Positions 22,164 through 32,222 of a stretch of DNA of 64,000 bases are shown in pieces. The position numbers and the translations under genes were made by a program. The DNA is taken from assembly GCA_977017575.1 (NCBI GenBank), contig CDRNVI010000052.1, positions 124,001 to 188,000 on the forward strand, read 5' to 3'. Position 1 is the stretch's first letter. Each line of letters begins with the position of its first letter. The notes beneath the pieces were generated by a model. The model had not been told where the DNA came from. It did not search any database and saw nothing but the letters and a program-made list of their open reading frames with translations. The stretch is from Paramoeba atlantica. Its lineage: Eukaryota > Protista > Discosea.

Positions 22164-23488
22164 AACCCCTGGCCAAAATAAGGCACCCCCCTCTAAAAAT
22201 TCGATGCTTTGTTTGTTTGAGCTAATTTCAATGGCATTTTGCAGATCTCAGTTCGGGATTTATGTCCTCCCACACTTGGTCACTAGTCCTCTAGCTATTT
22301 ATAAAGTGGAAACTATTTACCACTTTTTTACCTTTTCGCCACCTAGTTCGACGCAGGCCTTCAGTCTACGATCGAAACTTAAGATGGTATCATTTATCAT
22401 CTCAGTCGGTAAAGAACTCCATGTGTTTAGAATACACCTTTGCAGTTCGGAAACTGTAGATGGTAGCTTTTCATTTACGTCTTGTTGTACCATTGACCAT
22501 ATGTTTTCAATGGGAGAAAGATCGGGAGAATTTGGGGGCCAATTTTTTAGTAGATTAATTTTTCGTTTGTTCAGGTAATTTATGGTGGCCTTGGCCGTAT
22601 GAGCGGTGGCACCATCTTGTTGAAATATTCTTTTGCGGGGGAAATAAACATGTTTTAGTGTGTCTATGTATGTTTCGTGGGCAATAGAGGTCCTGCTGGA
22701 TAAATTTTTAAGCATCTCCAGTTAATTCCTATAGCACCCCACACCTGACACTTAGGCGCCCAGCGCACCTTTAGTCTCTTTGCAGGGGTCTCTCCTTTTT
22801 TTACCCACATTTTCATTCGATTATCGTTTGTATCAAACACCTTCTCATCTGAGAATATCAATTTCGATGTGTCCTCTTTGTAATTTAAAGAAAACTGTAC
22901 GCGTTTTTCTTTTTGTACAGCGGTGAGCCCTTGTGAAATTGGTCGTGGCCTATATTGATGCCCTGCTTGCCTCAAATCTCGACGAACAGTTCGAGGGCTT
23001 GCAGTAACACCCTTTCTGCACAAAACAACAGAAATACGCTTTGAACTGTACTTTGGCACCCCTGCCGCATCTTTCTTAGAAATAATGGTTTCAATCCTTT
23101 TTTTTACGAGACTTTATTTTTTTTTTCTGTGGGGATTTCTTTAGGCTTTTTTTCGTCTCAATTTTGGGGTGATCACGGAGGTATTTTCGAATGTATTTCA
23201 CGCTTACATTCAATTCACGTGCTATTCGTTTCTTTGGGATGCCATCTTGAAACCTTAAAAGCATGAGTTCCTTCCCCAGGGGGCTGAGGCCACCTTTCGG
23301 AGGCCTGCGGAATGATTTTTTCATAAATCGACCCTAATGTTAAAGTGGTAAAATGTTTTTTTTTCATGAGCTAAAAACAGCGGGAACGTACAGATCTCAA
23401 AATTTTGAACGAAAACATGGTATGATAACCCTACCATACCCCCTCATGCAAAAAATAAGGGGGGGTGCCTTATTGGTGGCCAGGGATT
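22164..23488 (-). mobile_element. Near full-length IS630/Tc1-type DNA transposon (DD35E) with TA duplication
   Basis: TIRs aacccctggccaaaataaggcacccccc and ggggggtgccttattggtggccagggatt, each flanked by TA; encloses the transposase. Confidence 0.9.
22317..23324 (-). pseudogene. Tc1/IS630-like transposase with two frameshifts
   Basis: Three consecutive ORFs join into HTH, IFSDEK, FQQDGATAH and WPPNSPDLSPIENIW; 35 residues separate the second D from E. Confidence 0.9.
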
Positions 23489-23929
23489 TATTTTGTGCCA
23501 TGATTTTTAGCGATAAAATTTTTTTGCTTGGGTGTATTTCAATTTTTGCTATAAAATATAATATAAAAAAATTAATGAAAGGGGGAGTATGTAAAAAGCA
23601 GCCCCCCAGGGCACCCCGCGTACATAACTCATGATTGAAACACGCGCCGCGAAGCGGCGCGAAATTTTTTTTTCACCCTTTTTTTTGACCCGGCTACTTG
23701 CGCAATTTTAGGCCAAAACCTAGTTGCGTTTCAGTGGGGTGGGACAGTATGTATTCATATTTTTCTGAGGGTTTTTCCATGATTTATTCGATGCCTCCAA
23801 CAAGCATCAGTGCTACACTTTTTCCCCGTTCTAACGTTTAGTTTGTATTATTAGAACGCGCGCTATTTTTTCCCTTCATCATAATTGTACAAGATGTCTG
23901 CTTATTGCACTCACCAATAGTAACAACAA

Positions 23930-24034
23930 TTTTAGGCTCTTCGTTAAAATCGGGAGTTGTTTTCAACTTAGAAGTCACTCATGCTGCGCGCTTCGCGTTG
24001 AAAACTACCGCCGCGTTTAACGAAGAGCCTAAAA
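23930..24034. repeat. 105-bp foldback (19-bp perfect arms) at the end of a larger repeat
   Basis: Arms ttttaggctcttcgttaaa and tttaacgaagagcctaaaa; inverted second copy at 41944-42047 with homology continuing on one side. Confidence 0.8.
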
Positions 24035-24479
24035 AAGAAAAATCGCGAAAAGATCATGCATAATCTATTTTTTGGGGGTAAAAACCTCGATTTTCCGGCA
24101 AAAAATGTGAAATTTTAACCCGAATTTGGGCCGTTTTGGATGCCTTACCAATAGGGGTAGGAGGCGAATCTGACGCAAAAAACGTCGCAGAATGGTAGCT
24201 GAGGTCCCAAATTCCTAAAACACGTTTTAGGAGTCGATTTTGGAAAAATAAGATTTTTACCTTTTTTTGGGTCTAAAAAACGAATTTTTTTGGTCACCCC
24301 AAAAATTTCGGAAATTTTGACCTTGTCGGACCCCTCCCGCGCGTACCAGGGGGGGGTGGAAAATTATCGCCGCGGCCTACTCTAACACTTCCCTGCGCTC
24401 GATTTCGAAAAGCAAAAAATTCGAAAAAAAATTCGCGACATATGCCCCCCTCCCATGGACCCCCAATTTTTTTGAATAT

Positions 24480-25352
24480 TTTTTTTCAGTTTTGGACTAC
24501 CGGGGCCCCCTTTTATATTTTCTTCTTCTATTAAACCCCCGCTCACGAAAAGTGACCCCCCTCTTTTTTTTCGTACAAATGTCCGTTTGAGCTGTTTTTT
24601 GTGCACTTTGCAGATCTCAACACAAGGACTTTGCGTGTGCAGAAATGAGACAAAAAGAAACGAATATGCACAATTTAGAGAAGAATTACCATTTTGTCAC
24701 TTTTTCGCCCTTCAATCTTATGCACTCCTTAAGTCGAGAATCAAAACTTAATACTGTTTTGTCGATCACTTTTTGAGTTAAAGAAGACCATGCTTTACGT
24801 GCACATCGGATAAGTGAAGGTTTGTCCGATGGGGTTTGTTCGTCTACCGCCTCTTGGACCATAGACCAGACGTTTTCTATGGGGGAAAGGTCGGGCGAGT
24901 TGGGGGGCCAGTTTCTTAGAACATCACTCATTCAATTCTCAATATACTCTTTGGAGGCACGGGCAGTATGTGCCGTTGCCCCATCCTGTTGAAATACACT
25001 ATTAGGGGGGAAATCTAGCTGTTTTAATGTTTCTATGTACGTCTCACTTGTAATAGATGTGTCATTGTAGATGTCTCACTTGTAATAGATGGTCACAGGA
25101 CTCAAAGTGTATTCCCCGCTAGATTTTTTTTCGTTCAGATATTTTTTGATTATCCTTCTAGAGACGTTAAAATCACGGGATAATTGTTTTATCGGAACAC
25201 CTTCTGCCTGTCTCATCTTCAAAAGAACCTTACCACTATCCGTAAGCCCCCCTTTTATTATATTACTGTGTTTCTCTTTATATTTTCATTGTTTTTGTTC
25301 ACTTTTTTTTCAATAATCGAGGGTAGAGCGGTAGTTATACAACCACCGCAAT
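24480..25352 (+). mobile_element. 3' UTR and tail of an RLE-type non-LTR retroelement, split by a Tc1 insertion
   Basis: 24480-24533 plus 25259-25352 equals the uninterrupted sequence at 48757-48899. Confidence 0.75.
24534..25258 (-). mobile_element. Internally deleted Tc1-like element (DD35E) with one TIR missing
   Basis: Left TIR aacccccgctcacgaaaagtgacccccc after TA; minus-strand FQQDGATAH...*MSDVLRNWPPNSPDLSPIENVW and HTH fragment KGGLTDSGKVLLKMRQAEGVPIKQLSRDFNVS. Confidence 0.85.
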
Positions 25353-25413
25353 AAAGTTAAGTTGATAATATGCTTATGGTCAATCTTTATAGGTTTATTG
25401 TTCTAATCACATA

Positions 25414-26430
25414 CAGGGGTGAAAACTTCCATCTGGGGGTGGGTCTAAAATTTGTAAAAACTTTTCAATTTTGTAAAATAATAGCGCATTCGAGAGCTCT
25501 CGCAGAATTGTATGTCTTCATGCTGGTAGCTTTTAACATATCAAAGTGAAACTACAAATGCCGAATAGGTCAAAAACTCGAATTGTCACTTAAAAAATGA
25601 TACAAAAAAGTTAAAAAATAACGTTTTTCCCCCCACGAAGATTGTTAGTAACCCCTTTTAGTATCCGCAATGTGCACCGTTCTTTTCTACAATGATTCTA
25701 CAACGCTTTCTGAAGCTTTTTAGCGTATTCTCAAATTTAGATATTTGTTCTGTCTTAAGTTTATCATAGGAAACATGAATTGCGGAGAGTAATTGTTGTT
25801 GATTTTTGGGTTGAATTTGGTCCTTTGTCCCGTCCATTATTGACCAAAGATTTTCTATGGGGTTTAGATCGGGGGATCGTGCTGGCCATCGGAGCCAAGA
25901 ATAACCCTTTTCTTGGGCCGCGGCACGAGCCTTATTATGTGCCGGGCAATTGTCCATCACTATTGTGGCCCGATGTCTCCTTAAATATTGGAACAGACCC
26001 CCCCTTTTTTTCATGGCTTCATAAAAATTTTGTCCCTTTACAGTTACTTTGTTTCCTTGAGAATCATGGGTAGGAAAGACATGTAAATGAAACCCATGCT
26101 TTAAGCTCACCCCTATTCAAACCATAATACCTTCTCCACCATGATAGGGTTCTAATTCCCCTGTTTGTTCTTTGGGGGGGTCAGACTTTCGGCAAAGGTA
26201 CGTGGGTCGGGTGGATCTTTTGCACGTAAATTTTTTTCGTCGCAGAAAATAATATTTTCCAGCATAGCGTCTCTCCACTGTAGCATTTCAGTGGCAAATT
26301 GCACTCTGCTCTCCTTATGATTATTAGATAAGAAAGGGGTCTTTAAAGCTGTTCTGAGCACAATTTTTTCTTTTGAGTTTTTCAACATGTTGAATTGAAT
26401 TATAATAATCCAATTTTTTGACTTCAAAAT
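25414..26430 (-). mobile_element. Decayed Tc1/IS630-like element (DD32E); only one TIR found
   Basis: TA then caggggtgaaaac TIR; minus-strand IIFCDEK, IVMDNCPAH and WPARSPDLNPIENLW; subterminal 90 bp shared with the element at 51052. Confidence 0.85.
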
Positions 26431-26516
26431 TTATCGAGTCGTTTACCCCTCTTTCATACAATGTAGAATGTCGGTGTGGTAGCTGCTTCGTAAAAAAGCG
26501 GTGGTTGTTGGTAAAC

Positions 26517-26643
26517 CGGCTTCGCAAATTGCTTCCCACTAACGACGCCGCGTATGGCTCAGGACCGCTCACGCGGGCCCTCGCCATACCCCCTCCCCTT
26601 CGGCTTCGCAAATTGCTTCCCACTAACGGCGTCGCGTATGGCT
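26517..26643. repeat. 43-bp direct repeat pair separated by a 41-bp unique segment
   Basis: cggcttcgcaaattgcttcccactaacgRcgYcgcgtatggct at 26517-26559 and 26601-26643, with 2 mismatches. Confidence 0.9.
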
Positions 26644-26651
26644 GAAAATAT

Positions 26652-26740
26652 AACTGCCGTGAGTCGAACCTGCGACCACCAGATTATGAACGGCAGGTCC
26701 TATCAACTGGACTACCTGGGTTCGAGTCCCGGGACCTACG
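26652..26740 (-). other. tRNA-derived module (A-box, CAT loop, B-box); not a foldable tRNA
   Basis: Minus strand TAGTCCAGTTGATAGGAC-c-tgccg-TTCATAA-tctgg-tggtc-gcagg-TTCGACT has canonical tRNA spacing, but anticodon, T and acceptor stems do not pair. The plus strand carries a second T-arm, CTGGG-TTCGAGT-CCCGG. Confidence 0.55.
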
Positions 26741-26779
26741 TTTTTAGGCACCGTGATTTGTTCCCAAATCGAGGATAGA

Positions 26780-26884
26780 GGGGGGGGCTGGACCCCCTTT
26801 TCTCACCCTTCTGGATCCACCCTACCCCGGACACCATAAGGAAGGGAGAGGCAGAGGTTGTAAACAACCCCCGCAATAATAATT
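26780..26884 (+). mobile_element. Divergent retroelement-like 3' end (hairpin plus (AAT)n)
   Basis: gaagggagaggcagaggttgtaaacaacccccgcaataataat resembles gagggtagagcggtagttatRcaaccaccgcaat at about 25320 and 48866. Confidence 0.5.
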
Positions 26885-27996
26885 GAGAGTATGGAGAAAG
26901 TACGGATAATAGTGACCATAAATGTATCAAAAAATCGGAAAAGCACTGATGAAACAAAAAATAGTTTTTTTTCAAGTACTTTCTCAAAATAATTCGTTTT
27001 TAATGCATTTCTAGCATTTTCAAGCATATTTTGTCTACCAAAATTTATGTACCAGATTGTGTACCAATACTTATTAACTGACCTGTTCCGGTTCTCGGAC
27101 TTTTGCTTGTTTGCTCGTTGTGACCTCGATTGTTGACTTTACGGAGAAAAATAAAGTAAATCGGTGACACAACCACCGATTCGGAGCTGGAACCGTTTGT
27201 GGACGCTGCCTTGTTAGGCCAACTAGCACAAAACGGCAATGCTTCATGAGATTTGGAAATGGAACGCAATGCCGAAAGAATTCCGGAGTTTGGGCCAAGG
27301 TAGGTGGCCAAAAAGTTCCAAAAGGTCAAAACGTAGGTGGAAACAATACCACCTAACTGAACATTACATACTGATTTTAATCGACTTAAGTAAAAAAACA
27401 TCAGAAAAAAGAAGTTAGGGCGCTCTACGAAGTTATTTGTGGGCGTAGAGTGATTTCCAAAAATAATTTTTTGATACATTTATGGTCACTTTGACCCGAA
27501 AGTACCTGTAGGACTCTGGCAGTTTCTGTCAAGAACTCCCCCAGGGCTCGAACATTTATAAATGATACACACTATGTTTGCAGCATGTGTGAAGTTTAGA
27601 ACTTGCATGCACACAGTCCGTCCAACGTACACGCGGCAAGTTCGCTTGACACGGTTAATATTATTGCCACGCTCGTCAAGTTTTGCTATAAGAGCAGGCG
27701 ACAATGTCTCGGGATCTTGAGGGCCATGACAGCGTGGACACAGAGGCGTTCCCATAGGAATACACTTTTCGCCGTAATGTGTACACAAAATTATGTGAAT
27801 ATAATATCCGTCGCTGAACGGCCACAATACAGACTAATGGATTTACGATTCGTACTAAAATACTTATCTGTCTTGCAAGAAGAACAAGAGCGCTTGTTTG
27901 CTTCTTCCATAGTGTTTTTAAATTTAAATGTGCAAAGGAAATTCTATGAAAAAAGGCAAATAAAACTGGAGAACAAAGAATTGATGACGTCCTATA

Positions 27997-28584
27997 CCGT
28001 CAAAACACTTATTAAGGTAATTAAAATTAAAGTACCAGAAATTAAGGTACCAGAAATTAATGTAATAATTATGTGACACTCATTTTTCCGAAAATCTGCT
28101 GCAATACTTAATTTCTATTCTAGTCGCTTCGTGAAAGGCGGTGGTTATTTTCAACTTAGAATCTATCAGCGTGCATTCAAAAATGTTTAAAACGCGAGCT
28201 AACCAGGGCAATGTGAATGCCATTACCAACGTACACGTATTTGGGCTAAATCAGGCTGAACATTGCTTACTTAAATACACTGGTGCGCGAGTTTAAAGGT
28301 GTGTTATCTAATGTTCTAATTCCGAATGATGATTCTACGCATAGACTATATTCTTCATGGACTAATACTCTAACTCACCTGGTTACAGGTGTTGTAGGTA
28401 CTTTCAACTGAATTTTGTTCAAATTTCGAAGGATATCGACATCGGGAATATGAGCTCCAAATAATAATAAAGTAAATAAATAATAATAAAGTACCAATAA
28501 TTAAGGTACCAGAAATTAAGGTAATAATTATGTGCCAAAAAACGTTACCTTAATTTATGTTATTCTTAATTAATGTTTTCACGG
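27997..28584. mobile_element. MITE, CCGT-type TIR (pogo/Tc2-like), 588 bp
   Basis: TA-ccgtcaaaacacttattaag ... cttaattaatgttttcacgg-TA, with subterminal aattaaggtaccaga repeats. Confidence 0.8.
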
Positions 28585-28777
28585 TAAATATGAAAAGTGC
28601 TACAAGGTCGATTTCCTGGTAGTCGCTGTAGGTAATTTTTTTGGCTAACAAACCCCCTTTTGCAGATGTTCGATATTTCATGTTTGCTATACAAACATGT
28701 ACAAACAAATCTAACATGCAGCCCCTCATATATTATATTTTTTTAATTCTTGCTAGCTCTCTTGATTTCTTGTAATC

Positions 28778-29890
28778 GTGTTGTTAGGCTCACTACCCGT
28801 GGATTTACCAGGTCGCCGAGGGTACCTGCAACTTTGTCGAGCAACAAGAGACTGGTTAGGTGCACTTCGGTTAGTGCAAAAGGCTAATATCTGCCGCGAT
28901 TCTTCGCAGCAAGAATTCTCTTTTGCAATATCTATTTGTGTAGAATGTAGGGCAATTAAGGCGCTTCACGAGTTAAAGCGTCTTACTAAAAATGTTAACT
29001 TTACAGAAAATGTCTCGAAAGGTCCTGAATATTCAAGGCTCATTCCAGATTTATCCACATCGAAATCGAATCTAGTTCAGAGTACATACTCCATATTTGC
29101 GCCGAATTCTGAAGTACCCAAGAATCAATCGGCTAAGAGTGAAGAAACCTCCGCATACAATCGAAAATTGGCGAATTCTAAATTAAATTTTGTTGAAGAT
29201 AAAATCGGAAAGGACGTGAAAGAAAATATTTCATTCGAGAAGAGCACAGAGTCACGAAATCATGATCTCTTTTTTTTCTACTGTGCCAAAGATATATTGT
29301 CTATCCTTGCACACTACACAGAGATTGAAAGACCAAGCATTGCACTACACTTGCTTGAAACTATTCTTAAGCATCGACGTAACGTTAGAGTAAAGCATCC
29401 CGAGACTTCTTCAGGTTCTATGTTACAAGATACGTCTACTAATAGCGAAGCCGTACAAACCTCGACAACGATAAGTGAGAATGCATCTGAGACCTCAGAT
29501 GACTCAGTTTTGCAACGTGTGACTGACACCGACATGGATGATTCTGTTTCCCACTCTATCGCTGCGGAATCTCCCATTTTCTGCGCTTACCCTCTCCCAG
29601 ATGCATCCCCATCGTCTCCTTCTCTTTCGGACGAATTACTCGTTAAGGGCATCGAATTATGCGATCGAACAAATCAATGGAAACGTGCTCTCGCGCTGAT
29701 GGGATCCGTACAAGGCTCAGAGTATCCGTCCGCGGCTGCCCTGTTAATGTCCATGCTGGAGAAACGAAAACTGCACGACGCGAAATCCAATGTATTGCGC
29801 ACCATGAGTCCTGAAGCTACAGAGTCCTTTACGGAGGCCTACTGTGCTCTGATTGGGGCTTGGGCAGTGCATAAACGTCATGGGGGGTAG
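28778..29890 (+). CDS. Helical-repeat (PPR-like) protein; start codon unresolved
   Basis: 370-codon ORF with PPR-like segments (ATRDWLGALRLV; GIELCDRTNQWKRALALM); first in-frame ATG only at about codon 215. Confidence 0.55.
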   Translation: MLLGSLPVDLPGRRGYLQLCRATRDWLGALRLVQKANICRDSSQQEFSFAISICVECRAIKALHELKRLTKNVNFTENVSKGPEYSRLIPDLSTSKSNLVQSTYSIFAPNSEVPKNQSAKSEETSAYNRKLANSKLNFVEDKIGKDVKENISFEKSTESRNHDLFFFYCAKDILSILAHYTEIERPSIALHLLETILKHRRNVRVKHPETSSGSMLQDTSTNSEAVQTSTTISENASETSDDSVLQRVTDTDMDDSVSHSIAAESPIFCAYPLPDASPSSPSLSDELLVKGIELCDRTNQWKRALALMGSVQGSEYPSAAALLMSMLEKRKLHDAKSNVLRTMSPEATESFTEAYCALIGAWAVHKRHGG

Positions 29891-30131
29891 CTTTTCTTTT
29901 TTTCTGGCAGTTTTTGAATAGAGTAACGGCATGCATGGTCGTATCAATAATGTTTTGTATATATTTTTGAACAGTGGTCGTCAGGGATCAGCAATACAGT
30001 AGCTCCCTTTCCGTATTGTATGATCCAAACTTTACGAAAATCTAATTTCTTGAGTTTCCATTTTTTCCCACAAACACTATATTTTATACTCTACTACCAT
30101 TTACATTTTCCCATTTACATTGTAAATTTGT

Positions 30132-31052
30132 ATGGCCACCGTTCAACTTCTTCACTCGGCTGACGACCAACCTACCTCCGCTGGCCGCCGGCCTGCAAAG
30201 ACCAGAGGCACTGCCCTCCCACCCGAAATCGACCTCATCCGTTTTCTCCAAGACAACACGGAGGAGATTCACACCACGTGGAGTTCCGAGATCCCAGCAT
30301 GTAAGTGGCACGCGGTGAAATGTGACGAACACTACCACATTGTAGAGATCAACTGGGGCAGTAAGAAGCTCTCCGGGGAGGTGGGGTGGCCCCACCTTCC
30401 TCGCTCCCTCCAGCGTCTTGATTTGTCCGTGAATGCGCTCTCCGGGGAGCTCTGCACCCAAGTCCTCCCCTCCCCCCTCGTGAGCCTCACCCTGTTTAAC
30501 AACACCCTCTCCGGAGCGGTGAACTGGAAAGGGTTACCCCGTGGGTTACGTCACCTCCACCTGGCGAATAACCAGCTCTCCGGACCGATTCAACTCGAGG
30601 ATATGCCCTACGGGCTGCGTGAGATTGTCCTTGCCCAGAACCTGTTCGTGTCCGGGATTGATCTCGCAGAACTCCCCCCTCAGCTCCAAATGATAAATCT
30701 GAATCAAAATCATTTAACCGGGGAGATCGCACTGACGGAGCTCCCACCGAGTCTATGTGTACTCAGCGCGAACCGAAATGGGTTCACGGGAAGTGTTGAT
30801 TTCTCCTCCCTCCCCCCGAATCTCTATCGCCTGTGTTTGAGGGATAACGCCCTAAGTGGGGTGCTGGATTTGCGTAAGTTGGGTAGAAGACTGAGTGCCC
30901 TGGACGTGCGACATAACATGTTTGAAGGTAAGGTGCTGTGGTCGAAGAATGTGACCAACCTGTGTAAAAAATTTAAGTTTGGTGGAAATAAACTTTGTGG
31001 TTTTGATCCTGCGGATATTGACGAGTGCCTCATTGTGGGAAAGCAAGGTTAG
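30132..31052 (+). CDS. LRR-family protein
   Basis: RPAKTRGTALPPEIDLIRFL...ACKWHAVKC cap plus 23-aa LRRs. Confidence 0.88.
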   Translation: MATVQLLHSADDQPTSAGRRPAKTRGTALPPEIDLIRFLQDNTEEIHTTWSSEIPACKWHAVKCDEHYHIVEINWGSKKLSGEVGWPHLPRSLQRLDLSVNALSGELCTQVLPSPLVSLTLFNNTLSGAVNWKGLPRGLRHLHLANNQLSGPIQLEDMPYGLREIVLAQNLFVSGIDLAELPPQLQMINLNQNHLTGEIALTELPPSLCVLSANRNGFTGSVDFSSLPPNLYRLCLRDNALSGVLDLRKLGRRLSALDVRHNMFEGKVLWSKNVTNLCKKFKFGGNKLCGFDPADIDECLIVGKQG

Positions 31053-31221
31053 GTGTCTCAGCATAGCGAAGCAAGTATTAAAACGGTCAATTCTTTTTAA
31101 AAGAACTAATTATCCTTATCTTACTTTAAACAGAAAAGTACGTAAATTGCTTTTGGGAAATTTTGAATCTATACGAGAAAATAGGAAAAGACAACTTTTC
31201 TTCTATCCTTTTTTAGTTACG

Positions 31222-31779
31222 ATGGAATTCATTAGGCTTGGCGTTGCGGCAGGATGCGGATCAGCACTCACCCTTGCCATGCAGCATAGCAAATACGCGG
31301 GGAGCTATTTTGCACGTCATACGATTGCCGCTGGGTGGGGAGTGACTCTCTGGGCCTCTGGGTTAGTCTTGTATCGTCTTCGTCGTCATCTCACCCTTCC
31401 CACCGCTCGATGGCTGCATGCCGGACTCATGACTGCCGGGGCTCTCCTCATGGACTACAGCGTATACGTGATGTGGAACGTGAAAGAGGAAAAGAAGCGA
31501 AAGCATTACAAGACGTGGCACGGTCAAATCGCACTTACTGCAGCGCTAGTTTCCACTGTTCAGGCTGCCGGATCGTGGTGGCTTATGTACCCGACACGTC
31601 GAGCTTCTATTTGTAACAATCGAGAAACGCATCGCTGGATGGGGTATGGGATTATGGTCCTTTCTACAGCAGCGCTGAGCATTGGATGGTGGAAATCTGA
31701 AGTAATTGGAAAGAGTGACATATACCGTCCGCTTGGTCTCGTTGGGTGTCTTCTGCTTGGAGGGGCAGTTTCTCTTTAG
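31222..31779 (+). CDS. Cytochrome b561-family membrane protein
   Basis: Hydrophobic helices with four spaced haem-ligand histidines (RHTI, WLHAG, TWHGQ, ETHRWMG). Confidence 0.8.
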   Translation: MEFIRLGVAAGCGSALTLAMQHSKYAGSYFARHTIAAGWGVTLWASGLVLYRLRRHLTLPTARWLHAGLMTAGALLMDYSVYVMWNVKEEKKRKHYKTWHGQIALTAALVSTVQAAGSWWLMYPTRRASICNNRETHRWMGYGIMVLSTAALSIGWWKSEVIGKSDIYRPLGLVGCLLLGGAVSL

Positions 31780-32222
31780 TTTTTTGGAATATGGTCTTAC
31801 GTTTCCCTTTTTTGGCATTCCAAAATGTTTTTTTAAGTAAGAAGCAATGATTCTAGCCTTTAAAAGTAATCTTACCGCATCCATACTTACAGTGCACTTG
31901 AAGCTAGGAGTTCGCAACTAGTAGCATGTTTATGTACAGTGCATGAACGGCACAAAAATAACTGATGTATACAATATTACGTGATGCACCTACTATGTAT
32001 GTAGCGGTTTGAATGGTCATGCTATTTTCGTTATGAGTTTCTAAAAGATTAGTAATACAATTTAGTAGTACGATTTATCGTTTATTATGAAAGGTTACTA
32101 TACACTTTATGTTATGAAGGGTTATTATGTGGTGTAAATGCTACGAATCAAATAGTTAGCTGATACGTATCTCAATATGGCATTTGCACCCGATTTCGTT
32201 GTCGCCCTATTCTTTTTACGAC

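Larger units (their letters stand above)
21875..23555 (-). repeat. Dispersed repeat homologous to 55985-56335, interrupted by a Tc1-like insertion
   Basis: 21875-22160 and 23491-23555 match the reverse complement of 55985-56335 collinearly, e.g. cactttttagagaagagtgtcatagattttgcacaaaaactcaaat. Confidence 0.85.
20813..23747. mobile_element. Outer TIR element (CTGTCCC-type TIRs) hosting nested insertions
   Basis: Left ctgtccccccctacttatgcgcaac versus reverse complement of right end ctgtcccaccccactgaaacgcaac; TA follows at right, TC precedes at left; ttgacccggc.actt..gcgcaa and the GAA hairpin occur near both ends. Confidence 0.6.

Noticed and set aside
23085-23110. Programmed -1 frameshift at the A AAA AAG run in the transposase
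   Set aside because: Rejoining the frames needs a +1 shift here, and the second break (about 22690) is not at a slippery site; decay or a homopolymer error is more likely.
26517-26643. CRISPR array
   Set aside because: Only two repeats, eukaryotic context, and no cas-like ORF in the window.
26652-26723. Functional tRNA-Met(CAT)
   Set aside because: The acceptor, anticodon and T stems do not base-pair; only the D arm and loop sequences are intact.
27045-27990. Merlin-type transposase zinc ribbon (CPRCHG) or an intact gene
   Set aside because: Only one CxxC and no DDE segment; the frames contain several stops, so the region cannot be assigned.
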